Below are positions 28,640 through 38,473 of a stretch of 64,000 nt of DNA, in pieces. Source of the DNA: an uncultured Acidobacteriota bacterium (GTDB taxonomy: Bacteria > Acidobacteriota > Thermoanaerobaculia > UBA5066 > DATFVB01); the NCBI GenBank assembly GCA_963813155.1, contig CAWEYG010000002.1:1-64000 (forward strand), written 5' to 3'. Below the pieces are notes generated by a model. It made no database searches. It was given only the letters and a program-made list of their open reading frames with translations, and was not told where the DNA came from. The position numbers and the translations under genes are program-made. How positions within the stretch are numbered: the first letter of the stretch is position 1; the number at the start of each line of letters is the position of its first letter.

Positions 28640-30052
28640 TTATCCCACCTGGGTCTGGGGCGTTGCGCCCAGGAGCTCGAACTCCGCGGTGAAGTGGCGC
28701 AGGTAGGGCGCCTGATGGACGATCCGGACACCGCGGATCTTTTCGCGGCTGAGAAAACACTCGACGACGACCTGCGCGACGTAGTCCAGGTGCGAATTCG
28801 AGTAGGCGCGCCGCGGAATCGTCAGCCGGACGAGCTCGAGCTCCGGCGGGATTTCCTGGCCGGACTTCGGATCGCGGCGTCCGAACATGACTCCGCCGAT
28901 CTCGACGGAGCGGATGCCCCCCTCGCGGTAGAGCGCGATCGACAGCGCCTGCGCGGGATAGGCGTGCACCGGGACGTGCGGAAGAAACGATTTCGCGTCG
29001 AGGTACACGGCGTGGCCGCCGACCGGCAGGACGATCGGCACGCCCGCTTCGGCGAGTCGCTCGCCGAGACGGCGCACCTGCCCGATCCGGAATTCGAGGT
29101 ACTTCTCGTCGAGGACCTCGCGAAGGCCTCGCGCGATGACCTCGAGGTCGCGCCCCGCGAGCCCTCCGTAGGTCGGAAAACCCTCGATCAGGATCAGCTT
29201 GTTCTTGATGTTCGGAACCCAGCGGTCGTGGCGCAGCGCGACGAAGCCCCCGATGTTCGCGAGCCCGTCTTTCTTCGCGCTCATCGTGCAGCCGTCCGCG
29301 AACGTGAACACTTCGCGCACGATCGAGATGACCGACCAGTTCCGGCATGCTTCCTCGCGCTCGCGGATGAAAAACGCGTTCTCCGCGAAGCGGCACGCGT
29401 CGATGATCAGCGGAACGTCGTGGCTTTCGCAGGCGGCCTTCACGGCCCGGACGTTTTCCAGCGAAACCGGCTGCCCGCCGCCGGAGTTGTTCGTCATCGT
29501 GAGCATGACGAGCGGGACTTTGCCAGGGTTCTTCTGGAGGAGCTCGGCGAGGCGGGGCACGTCCATGTTGCCCTTGAAGGGATACGACGAGCGAAGGTCC
29601 CGGCCCTCGGGCACGAGGAGATCGACGGCAACGCCGCCGTTGGCCTCCACGTTGGCGCGGGTCGTGTCGAAGTGGGTGTTGCTCGGCACGATGTGCCCCG
29701 GCTTGAGGACCGTGGAGAACAGGAGATTTTCCGCCACCCGGCCCTGGTGCGTCGGGATCACGTGCGGGAAGCCGAAGATCTCGCGAATCGTCGCCTCGAA
29801 AACGTAGAAGTTCCGGCTCCCGGCGTACGACTCGTCGCCGCGCATCATGGCGGCCCACTGCTCGTCGGACATCGCGGAGGTCCCGGAATCGGTCAACAGA
29901 TCGATGAAGACCGCGTCGGAGGGGATCGAGAAAAGATTGTAACCCGCCTTCTTCAAGTGCTTTTCGCGCGTCCTGCGGTCGGGCAGGCGGATCGGCTCGA
30001 CGACCTTGACCCGCCAGGGCTCCGGCATGATCAGGGAATAGGGGTCGTTCAT
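28640..30052 (-). CDS. tnaA: Tryptophanase (beta-eliminating lyase; tyrosine phenol-lyase is the alternative)
   Basis: IDLLTDSGT, GDESYAG, HQGR, SAKKD PLP-lysine motif, TYGGLAGRD and LRHFTA. Confidence 0.8.
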   Translation of the reverse strand: MNDPYSLIMPEPWRVKVVEPIRLPDRRTREKHLKKAGYNLFSIPSDAVFIDLLTDSGTSAMSDEQWAAMMRGDESYAGSRNFYVFEATIREIFGFPHVIPTHQGRVAENLLFSTVLKPGHIVPSNTHFDTTRANVEANGGVAVDLLVPEGRDLRSSYPFKGNMDVPRLAELLQKNPGKVPLVMLTMTNNSGGGQPVSLENVRAVKAACESHDVPLIIDACRFAENAFFIREREEACRNWSVISIVREVFTFADGCTMSAKKDGLANIGGFVALRHDRWVPNIKNKLILIEGFPTYGGLAGRDLEVIARGLREVLDEKYLEFRIGQVRRLGERLAEAGVPIVLPVGGHAVYLDAKSFLPHVPVHAYPAQALSIALYREGGIRSVEIGGVMFGRRDPKSGQEIPPELELVRLTIPRRAYSNSHLDYVAQVVVECFLSREKIRGVRIVHQAPYLRHFTAEFELLGATPQTQVG

Positions 30053-30056
30053 ACTG

Positions 30057-31346
30057 TTAACGAGAGATTATCGCAGCGTTGTCCACCACATCCCCCACAG
30101 AGATGCCGCCGCGGTAATTTCCGAGGTATTTCAGGCCCGGATGGGCCGATTCGGCCGCCTCCAGCCGCGCCATGCGACCGAGGTGCCCGGCCTCGTACTG
30201 GGGAATCGAATTCCGGTAAACCTGCCGGTGAACGAGCTCCGGGAGGTCGGAAACTCCGAGCGGATCGCGCACCTCCGCGGCGATCAGGTTCGGAATCTGC
30301 GAGGCCTCGACGTCGCTCCACTCGGGAGAGCGGCGGCCCCCGAGGAAAAAGGTCATCAGCACGCGGCCCGCGGGAGCCCGGCCGGGAAAGATCGAAGAGC
30401 TCCAGACGGCGCCCAGAATCCTTCGCCGCTCGGAAGGCGTGCAGAGGTGGCCGAATCCACGCGGAACGCGGCGAAACGAGCTCGCGTGCCAGGAGCAATG
30501 CGCGACGCACAGCTGGGGGGAAGGGATGTCGCGAAGCCCCGCCGCGGCCTCGGGCGCGAACGGCTCGCACAGGCGGGCGGCCTCGATCGCAGACGTCGCG
30601 ACGACGAGGCGCTCGGCGGAGAACTTCCCGGCCGGGGTTTCCGCCACCCATCCCGAGGCAGCGCGGCCCACGGAATCGACCGCGACCCCCGGCCGGAATC
30701 GTTCGCCGAGCGACGCCGCGAGCGCCCTCGGAAGCGTCGAAAGGCCTCTCCGGAACGAAAGGAGGCCGCGAGCTCCCGTTTTCGGCCTCGTCCTGCGCGT
30801 GCGCCAGCTCCAGCGGATCACGCTGCCGGAGTCGCGCTCCCCGCCGGAGAACTTCGGGAAGGCGGCGGCCATGGAGAGAAGCCGGGCGTCGCCCGCGAAG
30901 ATCCCCGACACGAACGGCTCGAAGACGTGCTCCGCCAGTTTCGGCCCGAACCGCCGGCTGACCCAGTCGAACGCGGACTCGTCCTCCCGCCAGGGGCCTT
31001 TCGGCACGAACAATTCCCCGGCCGCCCGCAGCGCCGCGAGCGGCCCGAGCGCCGGAAACGGCAGCCTGCGCAGCCGGCCTCCCCGGTCGACGAAGCGAGG
31101 AAGCGAGGGATCGGAAAGAAGGATCTCGTTCTCGATGCCGAGCTCGCGGCAGAGCGCGAGCAGCTTCGCGCTCGGGCGGACCGTGTTCGGCCCGAGCTCC
31201 AGCAGAAAGCCGTCCTGCTCGATCGTTCGGACGGCACCGCCGGGCTCGGTCCCCCTCTCCAGCACGAGGACGTCTTCCCCGGTCTTCGCACGCTCGTAAG
31301 CGTGGACGAGCCCGGACAGGCCGCCTCCGATGACGAGGGTGCTCAT
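30057..31346 (-). CDS. hemG: Protoporphyrinogen oxidase (HemY-type flavoprotein)
   Basis: GGGLSG, ELGPNT, SGIFAGD, IPQY and GNY..GISV; located in the heme operon. Confidence 0.9.
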   Translation of the reverse strand: MSTLVIGGGLSGLVHAYERAKTGEDVLVLERGTEPGGAVRTIEQDGFLLELGPNTVRPSAKLLALCRELGIENEILLSDPSLPRFVDRGGRLRRLPFPALGPLAALRAAGELFVPKGPWREDESAFDWVSRRFGPKLAEHVFEPFVSGIFAGDARLLSMAAAFPKFSGGERDSGSVIRWSWRTRRTRPKTGARGLLSFRRGLSTLPRALAASLGERFRPGVAVDSVGRAASGWVAETPAGKFSAERLVVATSAIEAARLCEPFAPEAAAGLRDIPSPQLCVAHCSWHASSFRRVPRGFGHLCTPSERRRILGAVWSSSIFPGRAPAGRVLMTFFLGGRRSPEWSDVEASQIPNLIAAEVRDPLGVSDLPELVHRQVYRNSIPQYEAGHLGRMARLEAAESAHPGLKYLGNYRGGISVGDVVDNAAIISR

Positions 31347-32320
31347 GCCCAGAACTCTTTCTGCGCCAGCGCGATGTCCCGGAGTGCTTCCAGGAAAGCC
31401 GGATGGGAGTTCAGGCCCGGAGTGCGCCGGAAATGCGGAATTCCCGCCTTCCGCGCCGCTTCCCCGAAAAGCTGGTCGATCTCGAACAACGTCTCGATGT
31501 GATCCGTGACGAACGCGATCGGAACGACGAGCATCTGTTTTTCCCCTTTGCGCCCAAGCTCCGGAATCACGTCAGCGGTCGCGGGACCGAGCCACTCGAC
31601 CGGCCCGAGCCGGGACTGATACGCGAGCGTCGTTCGAATTCCCGGCCCGAGGAGCCTCGAGATTCCCGCGCAGGTCCGCTCGATTTCCTTCGGGTACGGA
31701 TCGCCTTCTTTCGTCACGAGCTTCTTCGGGATCGAGTGCGCGGAGAAAAGCACGAGAGTGGCCCCGGGAGTCCGATCGGGAAAGGCATCGAGGCCCTTCT
31801 GAATCTGATCCGCATGCGCCCGAAGGAAACCCGGGACGTCCGGGAAAGATCCGACCTCGAAAACCCCGGCCCCGGGCGCGAAACGCCGCACGGACTCCCG
31901 CGCCCGGTCGCGGGCGCCCTTCGTCGTCGTCAGCGAATACTGCGGGTAGAGCGGAAACGCGAGGAACCGGGCGTACCCGTCTCCCGCCAGTTCCTCCACG
32001 ACGTCTTCGACGAGCGGGCGCGAGCAGGTCATCGCCGTGCGGACGACGACATCTTTGCCCGCCTCTCGCAGGAGGCCCTCGACGCCTCGCGATTGTTCGT
32101 CCGTCAGACGGCGGATCGGAGAACCGCCGCCGATCTTCTCGTACATCTTCTTCGACGTTCCGCTGCGCGTCACGGCAATCGCCGCCGCGATGGACTTTCG
32201 CAGCACGTTCGACTTCACGCGAATCACTTCCGGGTCCGCGAACAGGCGGTACAGGAACCCGCGGACGTCCGAGAGCTTCTCCGGACCGCCGAGCTGGAGG
32301 AAGAGGATCGCCCGCTTCAC
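31343..32320 (-). CDS. hemH: Ferrochelatase
   Basis: LGGPE, PLYPQYS, FSAHSIP, QSRLGPVEWL and DHIETLFEID. Confidence 0.95.
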   Translation of the reverse strand: MKRAILFLQLGGPEKLSDVRGFLYRLFADPEVIRVKSNVLRKSIAAAIAVTRSGTSKKMYEKIGGGSPIRRLTDEQSRGVEGLLREAGKDVVVRTAMTCSRPLVEDVVEELAGDGYARFLAFPLYPQYSLTTTKGARDRARESVRRFAPGAGVFEVGSFPDVPGFLRAHADQIQKGLDAFPDRTPGATLVLFSAHSIPKKLVTKEGDPYPKEIERTCAGISRLLGPGIRTTLAYQSRLGPVEWLGPATADVIPELGRKGEKQMLVVPIAFVTDHIETLFEIDQLFGEAARKAGIPHFRRTPGLNSHPAFLEALRDIALAQKEFWA

Positions 32321-33702
32321 AGCGTGCGCGAGAACATCGGCTTTTCCGCCTTTTCGCCCGGAGAGACCAGGTGGGCGTCGAACGGCATCGCGAGGTTGCG
32401 CAGGAACACGCGCCCGAGCGCCGTCGCGCGAATCTCGCCCGTCGAAAGCTCGACGAGCCCGTCTTCGCGGCACCCGGCGAGCCGTTCGATCGCGCCGGCG
32501 AACGTCTCGTCGAATCGAATGCCGAACTCGTCCTCGATCTCTTTCTTGACGATGACCCCATGGCAGAGGAGGTTCTGGATCACGCGGCGCCGCAGCTCGT
32601 CGTCCGCCGTCAGCCGGTAGCCCCGCATCGTCGCCGGGCCGCCCTCCGAAAGCGCCTTTGCATAGGCATGGAGATCGCGGTGGTTCTGCACGTACGCGGG
32701 CCCGATGCCGCCGATCGAGCTCATCCCGAGCCCGAAAAGGTCCGTCCCGGCCTTCGTCGTGTACCCCTGGAAGTTCCGCCAGAGGGTCCGATTGGCCCGG
32801 GCCCGCGCCAGCTCGTCCTCCGGCCGCGCGAAGTGGTCCATGCCGATGTACTCGTAGCCAGCGCCGGCAAACTGCTCGAGCGCCGTCTTGAAGATCTCGA
32901 ATTTTTGCCGTTCGCCGGGAAGATGGGGCTCGAGAACCCGCTGGTGCTTCTTCATCCAGGGAACGTTCGCGTACGAATAGACCGCGAGCCGGTCGGGGCC
33001 GATCGAGAGGATCTGGTCGATCGTGACGCGAAACGAGCCGGGCGTCTGGTGCGGAAGCCCGAAGATCAGGTCCATGTTGATGCTGTCGAACCCGAGATCG
33101 CGCGCGGCGAGCGTCAGGTCGCGCGTGGCCTCGAACGGCTGAACCCGGTTGATCGCCTCCTGAACGCGCGGGTCGAAATCCTGGACCCCCATGGAGAGAC
33201 GGTTGAATCCGACTTTCCGGAGCACCCTCAGGTGGTCCAGCGTCGTCACGCGCGGGTCGACCTCGACCCCGATCTCGGCGTCCGGCGCGAGGCGGAACCG
33301 CTCCCGCAGCCTCGCCGCGAGCACTTCGAGCCGCTCGGGCGCGAAGTATGTCGGCGTGCCTCCGCCCAGGTGCAGCTGGACGACGTTTCGCTCCGGAGAA
33401 ATTCGCGACGACAACCAGTCGATCTCCGAAAGCAGGACCGACAGGTACGAATCCTCCTGTTGATGGTTCTTCCCCGTGATCATCACGGTGCAGCCGCAGA
33501 AGTAGCAGAGCCGCTCGCAGAAAGGAAGGTGAAGGTAGAGCGAGAGCGGCGCGGGATTCTTCGACCGGTTCGATTCGTCGATCACGCTCTCGTAGTCTCG
33601 CCCGCCGAAGCTCTCGCGGAAGGCCGGCGCGGGAGGGTACGACGTGTACCGGGGCCCGGGAACGTTGTACTTGTGGAGCAGCTCGTACGAGACGTCGCTC
33701 AT
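32317..33702 (-). CDS. hemN: Oxygen-independent coproporphyrinogen III oxidase
   Basis: GPRYTSYP, HLPFCERLCYFCGC, GGGTP and RNFQGY. Confidence 0.95.
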   Translation of the reverse strand: MSDVSYELLHKYNVPGPRYTSYPPAPAFRESFGGRDYESVIDESNRSKNPAPLSLYLHLPFCERLCYFCGCTVMITGKNHQQEDSYLSVLLSEIDWLSSRISPERNVVQLHLGGGTPTYFAPERLEVLAARLRERFRLAPDAEIGVEVDPRVTTLDHLRVLRKVGFNRLSMGVQDFDPRVQEAINRVQPFEATRDLTLAARDLGFDSINMDLIFGLPHQTPGSFRVTIDQILSIGPDRLAVYSYANVPWMKKHQRVLEPHLPGERQKFEIFKTALEQFAGAGYEYIGMDHFARPEDELARARANRTLWRNFQGYTTKAGTDLFGLGMSSIGGIGPAYVQNHRDLHAYAKALSEGGPATMRGYRLTADDELRRRVIQNLLCHGVIVKKEIEDEFGIRFDETFAGAIERLAGCREDGLVELSTGEIRATALGRVFLRNLAMPFDAHLVSPGEKAEKPMFSRTL

Positions 33703-34745
33703 GCGTCCGGCCTTCGAAAAGCCCGGACCGCCTCGTAGAACGCCTCGACGCTCTCGACGGGCGTCTCCGGCAGAATCCCGTGACCGAGGTTCAGAATGTG
33801 GCCCTCTCCCCCGGTCTCGGCGAGGATTTCCGCGACGCGGGCCCCCACGCTCTCGGGAGTTCCGAGCAGCAGGGCGGGATCGAGATTGCCCTGCAGCGGC
33901 CGCCCCGGCACGCGGCGGCGCACCTCGTCGAGACGGCAGCGCCAGTCGATCGACAGGACGTCCGCGCCCGTCTGCGCGGCCAGGTCGAGGATTCCCGACA
34001 CTCCGTTGACGAAGTAGATCACCGGCTTTCCCCGGCGGCGGATCCGCGCGATCGCGTCGCGGGCATACGGAAGGGCGAATTCCCGATACTCGGAGGGAGA
34101 GAGCTCCCCCGCCCAGGTGTCGAAGAGCTGCACGGCGTCGGCTCCCGCTTCGATCTGGGCCTCCAGGTATTCCTCCACCATTCGCGAAAGCTTCGTCAGC
34201 AGCGCCCGGAGCGCATGGGGATCGCGCGAGATCATCGCCTTGATCGCCGTGAAGTTCTTCGAGCCCCCTCCCTCGACCAGGTACGAGGCGAGCGTCCACG
34301 GGGCGCCCGCGAATCCGAGAAGGGCCGCGGAGTCTCCCACCGATCGCCGCAGCGAAGAGAGGATGTCGAGGACGAATCGCGTCTCCCGCGAGGGGTCGAA
34401 TTCGTGAAGCATCCCGACGTCCTTCGCCGAGCGCACGGGGCGTCCCAGCTTCGGGCCGGAATCTCCGATCTCGACCGGAGCGCCCATCGCCCGCACGGGC
34501 ACGAGGATGTCCGAAAAGAGGATCACGGCGTCGGGCCGAAAGCGCTCGAACGGCTGCAGCGAGACCTCGACGGCCGCGTCCACGTTCTCGCAGAGGCCGA
34601 AAAACGAGAATTTCTCGCGGATCTTTCGATATTCGGGGAGATAACGCCCCGCCTGCCGCATCATCCACGCGGGCGGGCGGTCGGTTTTCCGGCAGGCCGC
34701 GGCGTCCAGAAACCTCTGGCGCGACGGGCGATCGGGCGTCGTCAT
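33699..34745 (-). CDS. hemE: Uroporphyrinogen decarboxylase
   Basis: WMMRQAGRYLPEY, FSDIL, GFAGAPWT and NLGHG. Confidence 0.96.
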   Translation of the reverse strand: MTTPDRPSRQRFLDAAACRKTDRPPAWMMRQAGRYLPEYRKIREKFSFFGLCENVDAAVEVSLQPFERFRPDAVILFSDILVPVRAMGAPVEIGDSGPKLGRPVRSAKDVGMLHEFDPSRETRFVLDILSSLRRSVGDSAALLGFAGAPWTLASYLVEGGGSKNFTAIKAMISRDPHALRALLTKLSRMVEEYLEAQIEAGADAVQLFDTWAGELSPSEYREFALPYARDAIARIRRRGKPVIYFVNGVSGILDLAAQTGADVLSIDWRCRLDEVRRRVPGRPLQGNLDPALLLGTPESVGARVAEILAETGGEGHILNLGHGILPETPVESVEAFYEAVRAFRRPDA

Positions 34746-34785
34746 CGCGCCCATTCTATGGGAGAGAACCTACAATACGGGCCGG

Positions 34786-35595
34786 ATGAACATCAGCCCG
34801 GTCGGCCTTCTGGCCCTGCTCGTTTACGTCGGCGCCGAGGCGCTCGCGATCGCCCACCTGCGAAAGAGCTCCCCGGCGTACGGGCGGGCCACGACCGCTC
34901 TGCTCGGGGCGGGAATGCTGCTGCACTTCGTCGCGCTCCAGATCCGTGCCCGCCACCTGCACTCGGTGCCGTATCGCGACCTGCCCGATTCGATGTCCCT
35001 GTTCGCCTGGATGCTGGCGGCCACGTACGGCATCCTCCTGATCCGCCACCGCGAGCGATCGACCGCGCCGTTCCTGCTGCCGCTCGTGATCCTGTTCCTC
35101 GCGGTCTCGTTTCTCACGCCGACGAGGCTCCGCCCGGCGAACCCGAAGCTCGCGGGCTCCCTCTTCGCGTTCCACGTGACGCTCGCGATCCTCGGCTACG
35201 CGGCCCTCTCGCTGTCCTTCGTCCTCGCCCTGCTCTACCTCGTGCAGACGCGGCAGCTCCGGCGCCGCAAAACGGGACTGCTCTTCTCGCGCCTTCCGGC
35301 GCTCGACGTGCTCGACGGGCTCCAGCGCACGACAATCGGAATCGGCGTCATCGCCCTGTCGGTCGCCTCGGTGCTCGGGGGCCTCTGGGCCCGGGAGGCG
35401 TGGGGCAGCGTGTGGGACGCGAAAGTCGTCTGGACCGTCCTGACGATTCTCGTGTACGCCGTCGTGCTGCTGGCCGGACCGCTCGGCCTGCGCGGGAAAA
35501 AGACCGCGTTCCTCTCGATTACCGGATTTTGCCTGATCCTCTTCTCCTACACGATCGTGAATCTCGTCTTCAGCCAGGAGCACGTGTTCCGGTGA
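34786..35595 (+). CDS. Cytochrome c assembly protein family (CcsA/HemX-like) membrane protein
   Basis: About 8 TM helices, conserved His residues, W-rich motif GGLWAREAWGSVWDAK; directly upstream of hemA. Confidence 0.8.
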   Translation: MNISPVGLLALLVYVGAEALAIAHLRKSSPAYGRATTALLGAGMLLHFVALQIRARHLHSVPYRDLPDSMSLFAWMLAATYGILLIRHRERSTAPFLLPLVILFLAVSFLTPTRLRPANPKLAGSLFAFHVTLAILGYAALSLSFVLALLYLVQTRQLRRRKTGLLFSRLPALDVLDGLQRTTIGIGVIALSVASVLGGLWAREAWGSVWDAKVVWTVLTILVYAVVLLAGPLGLRGKKTAFLSITGFCLILFSYTIVNLVFSQEHVFR

Positions 35596-35602
35596 GGGCG
35601 CA

Positions 35603-36898
35603 ATGAGCCCGAGCTTCGACTCGTCCCTCGTCCTGATCGGGTGGGACTACCGCAACACTCCCGTGGCGCTGCGCGAGAGGCTCGCGTTTTCGCCCGACAA
35701 AGTCCGGGAAGCCCTCGGCCGCATCACCCGCGAGGGCGTGCTCGCCGAGGGCGTGATCGTCTCGACCTGCAACCGAAGCGAGATCTACGGAGTGGCGGGA
35801 GCGGCCGGAGACTCGGCGACCGACGCGCTGACCGATTTCGTGGCCGGCTTCCACGCTCTTCCCCGTCCCGAAATCGCCGGCGTGCGGTACGGGCTCTCCG
35901 GCGCCGACGCGGCGCGGCACCTCTTCCGCGTCGCGGCCGGGCTGGAATCGATGGTCGTCGGGGAGGACCAGATCCTCGGCCAGGTAAAAGAGGCGCTCCG
36001 ACTTGCGACGAGCGCCGGCTCGACGCGAGCGGTTCTTCACCGGCTGTTCGAGCGGGCGTTCGCGGCGGGCAAGCGCGTTCGCACGGAGACCGGCGTGGGC
36101 TCCCGGCCGACGTCGATTCCCGGCGTCGCGCTGGAGCTCGCCCGGAAGGTGTACGAGGACATCGACCGGAAAAAGTTCCTGATCGTCGGCGCGGGCGAGA
36201 CCGCCTCGATCTTCTACGACCTGCTCTGGAGCCGCGGCGCTCGGAAAATCGAGGTCGTGAACCGCACGCACGCGCGCGCGGAGCAGGTCGTCGCGCGGGG
36301 CGGAACGGCGCGGCGTTGGGACGAGCTTCGCAAGCGGCTGCCGCACGCCGACGTCGTCGTCTGCGCGGTTTCGAGCCCGGAGCCGGTCCTCTCGGCGAAA
36401 GACGTTGCGCTCGCGGTGTCGTCGCGGCGGGGATCTCCCGTGCTGTTCCTCGATCTCGGAATTCCCCGAAACATCGAGCCGGAGGCTCGGGCTGTCGCCG
36501 ACGCGTTCCTGTACGGCGTCGACGACCTGCAGGAGATCGCGAAGCGAAACCGCTCCGAGCGCGAGAGGGACATCCCGCGCGCCGAAAAGATCGTCGAAGA
36601 GGAAGTCTCCGATTTTCTCGCCTGGTACGGGTCGCTCGCCGTCGTTCCGACCGTCACTGCGCTGCGCGCCGAGTTCGAAAGGATCCGCAAAGAATCGTTC
36701 GACCGGGAGCTCGAGCGGCTGGAAGCCATTCCTCCCGACCAGAGGGAGAAAGTGCGGCTCCTCGCGCAGTCGATGGTTCGAAAGCTCCTGAGCCATCCGA
36801 CCTCCGCCCTGAAGGACGAAGAGGACCCCGCGCTGCGGATCGCGCGCGCGGAGGCGATCCGTCACCTCTTCCGTCTCGACGAAGAGCCTTCGGAATGA
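35603..36898 (+). CDS. hemA: Glutamyl-tRNA reductase
   Basis: STCNRSE, SMVVGEDQILGQ, GAGE and DLGIPRNI. Confidence 0.95.
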   Translation: MSPSFDSSLVLIGWDYRNTPVALRERLAFSPDKVREALGRITREGVLAEGVIVSTCNRSEIYGVAGAAGDSATDALTDFVAGFHALPRPEIAGVRYGLSGADAARHLFRVAAGLESMVVGEDQILGQVKEALRLATSAGSTRAVLHRLFERAFAAGKRVRTETGVGSRPTSIPGVALELARKVYEDIDRKKFLIVGAGETASIFYDLLWSRGARKIEVVNRTHARAEQVVARGGTARRWDELRKRLPHADVVVCAVSSPEPVLSAKDVALAVSSRRGSPVLFLDLGIPRNIEPEARAVADAFLYGVDDLQEIAKRNRSERERDIPRAEKIVEEEVSDFLAWYGSLAVVPTVTALRAEFERIRKESFDRELERLEAIPPDQREKVRLLAQSMVRKLLSHPTSALKDEEDPALRIARAEAIRHLFRLDEEPSE

Positions 36899-36908
36899 AG
36901 CCCGGCAA

Positions 36909-37820
36909 GTGAAGCTTTCCCTCGGAACGCGAGGCTCCGCGCTTGCGAAGGCGCAGGCCGGCCTGATCGCGGACTGGATTCGCCGACAGGGTCACGACGT
37001 CGAGGTCAACGAGTTCAAGACCACGGGCGATTGGATCTCCGAGCTCCAGCAGCCGATCGAAGGGAAAGGGATCTTCACGAAGGAGCTGGACGAGGCCCTG
37101 ATCGACCGCCGCATCGACGTCGCCGTGCACAGCCTGAAAGACCTTCCCTCCGAGATCGCGCCCGGGCTCCGGCTCGCGGCCGTGCCCGTCCGAGAGGACC
37201 CCCGCGACGTCCTGATCTCGAAAAACGGCCTCCACCTGCGCGCGCTGCCGAGCGGCGCACGAATCGGAACCGGAAGCCCGCGCCGCGCCGGCCAGCTCTG
37301 CGCCGCGCGACCCGACATCGTGTGCGCCGAGGCGCGCGGAAACGTCGACACGCGGATCCGGAAGCTGCGCGAAGGCCAGTGGGACGCGATCGTGCTTGCA
37401 CGCGCCGGCCTCGTTCGGCTCGGGCGGCTCGACGAGGCAACCGAAACCCTCGAATTCGCGGACATGATCCCGGCTGTCGGGCAGGGCGCGCTCGCAATCC
37501 TGACGCGCGACGACGAGACCGCGGACGTCTTTGGCCCGCTCGACGACCCCGACTCGCGCGCCGCGATCCTCTGCGAGCGAAGGGTCCTGCGCGACCTCCA
37601 GGGGGGATGCCGCGCGCCGATCGCCGCCCATGCATGGAAAGAAAATGGAACGATGCGCGTGTTGGCCGCGGTCTTCTCCGTTGACGGCAAGGATTTTCTG
37701 CGCGAGGAACGAACCGGACCGGACGCGGAAGGGCTCGGGAAGGAAGTCGCTGAGGCTCTTCTCGCTCGCGGCGCCGCCGCGATCGTCGCGGCGGCGAGAG
37801 AGACCGGTGGCGGCGAATGA
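36909..37820 (+). CDS. hemC: Hydroxymethylbilane synthase
   Basis: GTRGSALA, KGIFTKE, VHSLKD, RGNVDTR and GGC cofactor site. Confidence 0.95.
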   Translation: MKLSLGTRGSALAKAQAGLIADWIRRQGHDVEVNEFKTTGDWISELQQPIEGKGIFTKELDEALIDRRIDVAVHSLKDLPSEIAPGLRLAAVPVREDPRDVLISKNGLHLRALPSGARIGTGSPRRAGQLCAARPDIVCAEARGNVDTRIRKLREGQWDAIVLARAGLVRLGRLDEATETLEFADMIPAVGQGALAILTRDDETADVFGPLDDPDSRAAILCERRVLRDLQGGCRAPIAAHAWKENGTMRVLAAVFSVDGKDFLREERTGPDAEGLGKEVAEALLARGAAAIVAAARETGGGE

Positions 37821-37874
37821 CTAGCTGCGCATCCACCTGCCCCACCACCCCATCCAAACCGGGCAGCAAGCCCC

Positions 37875-38138
37875 TTACCGAGAAGGCGCCTTTCGAATGG
37901 CAGGGACTTCTTCCCGAATCACTTTGCGGAGAGTGTCCTCGAGCCGGCCGCCCCGGATGTGATCCCTCAAGGCGAGATTGATGAGGGTCTGATAGTTTCC
38001 GCCACCGGCCGCGTGGACCTGACGGCGAAACCAGGCCAGGATCTCGTCGTCGAGCCGAATCGTAATTCGAGTCTTCCCCGGACCGGTCCGAATGACCGGG
38101 CCCCGCTTTCCCTTTTGAAAATCGTATTCTGCTTTCAT
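37875..38138 (-). CDS. brnA: BrnA antitoxin
   Basis: EYDF..G.RG, ITIRLD..ILAWF and YQTLINLAL. Confidence 0.85.
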   Translation of the reverse strand: MKAEYDFQKGKRGPVIRTGPGKTRITIRLDDEILAWFRRQVHAAGGGNYQTLINLALRDHIRGGRLEDTLRKVIREEVPAIRKAPSR

Positions 38139-38422
38139 CGCGTTCTCTCATACTCCTTTCGTTCACCACGGGTCGCTTTCCGAGCCGAAATGATTCGAAT
38201 GTCGTCTTCGCGCCATGCGTAGACGACGACGAGAATTCTGCCTAGAGCATCAGTCCCCAACGTCACGAACCGCTCTTCTTCCGAGGACTCATCGGCAAGG
38301 GTGATCGCAAGTTCATCGAATAAGACGGAAGTCGCGTCGGCAAAATCGACGCGATGCTTGCGAAGATTCGAAGCAGCCTTGACCGCATCCCACTCGAAGC
38401 CCACGCTTTCGAGTATATGCAC
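38135..38422 (-). CDS. brnT: BrnT toxin
   Basis: FEWD..KAASNLRKH.VDF, EERF..G and IRIISARKAT..E. Start could be slightly downstream. Confidence 0.88.
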   Translation of the reverse strand: MHILESVGFEWDAVKAASNLRKHRVDFADATSVLFDELAITLADESSEEERFVTLGTDALGRILVVVYAWREDDIRIISARKATRGERKEYERTR

Positions 38423-38473
38423 ATTTGTGCACCGTCGTCAAATCTTACGCTCGGTTCCGAGCGCGCGCTCGAG

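Noticed and set aside
27666-29858. 730-aa protein ending in a ThiS domain
   Set aside because: The upstream part overlaps tnaA and the hypothetical gene out of frame. Only 27666-27893 is ThiS.
32317-34668. 783-aa extended HemN (likewise 852-aa MlaF at 46345..48903)
   Set aside because: The extensions overlap hemE or plsC/mlaE. True starts are at 33702 and 48001, each coupled to the upstream stop.
37817-37960. ATG overlapping the hemC stop as a hemD remnant
   Set aside because: The translation shows no HemD similarity and runs antisense into brnA.
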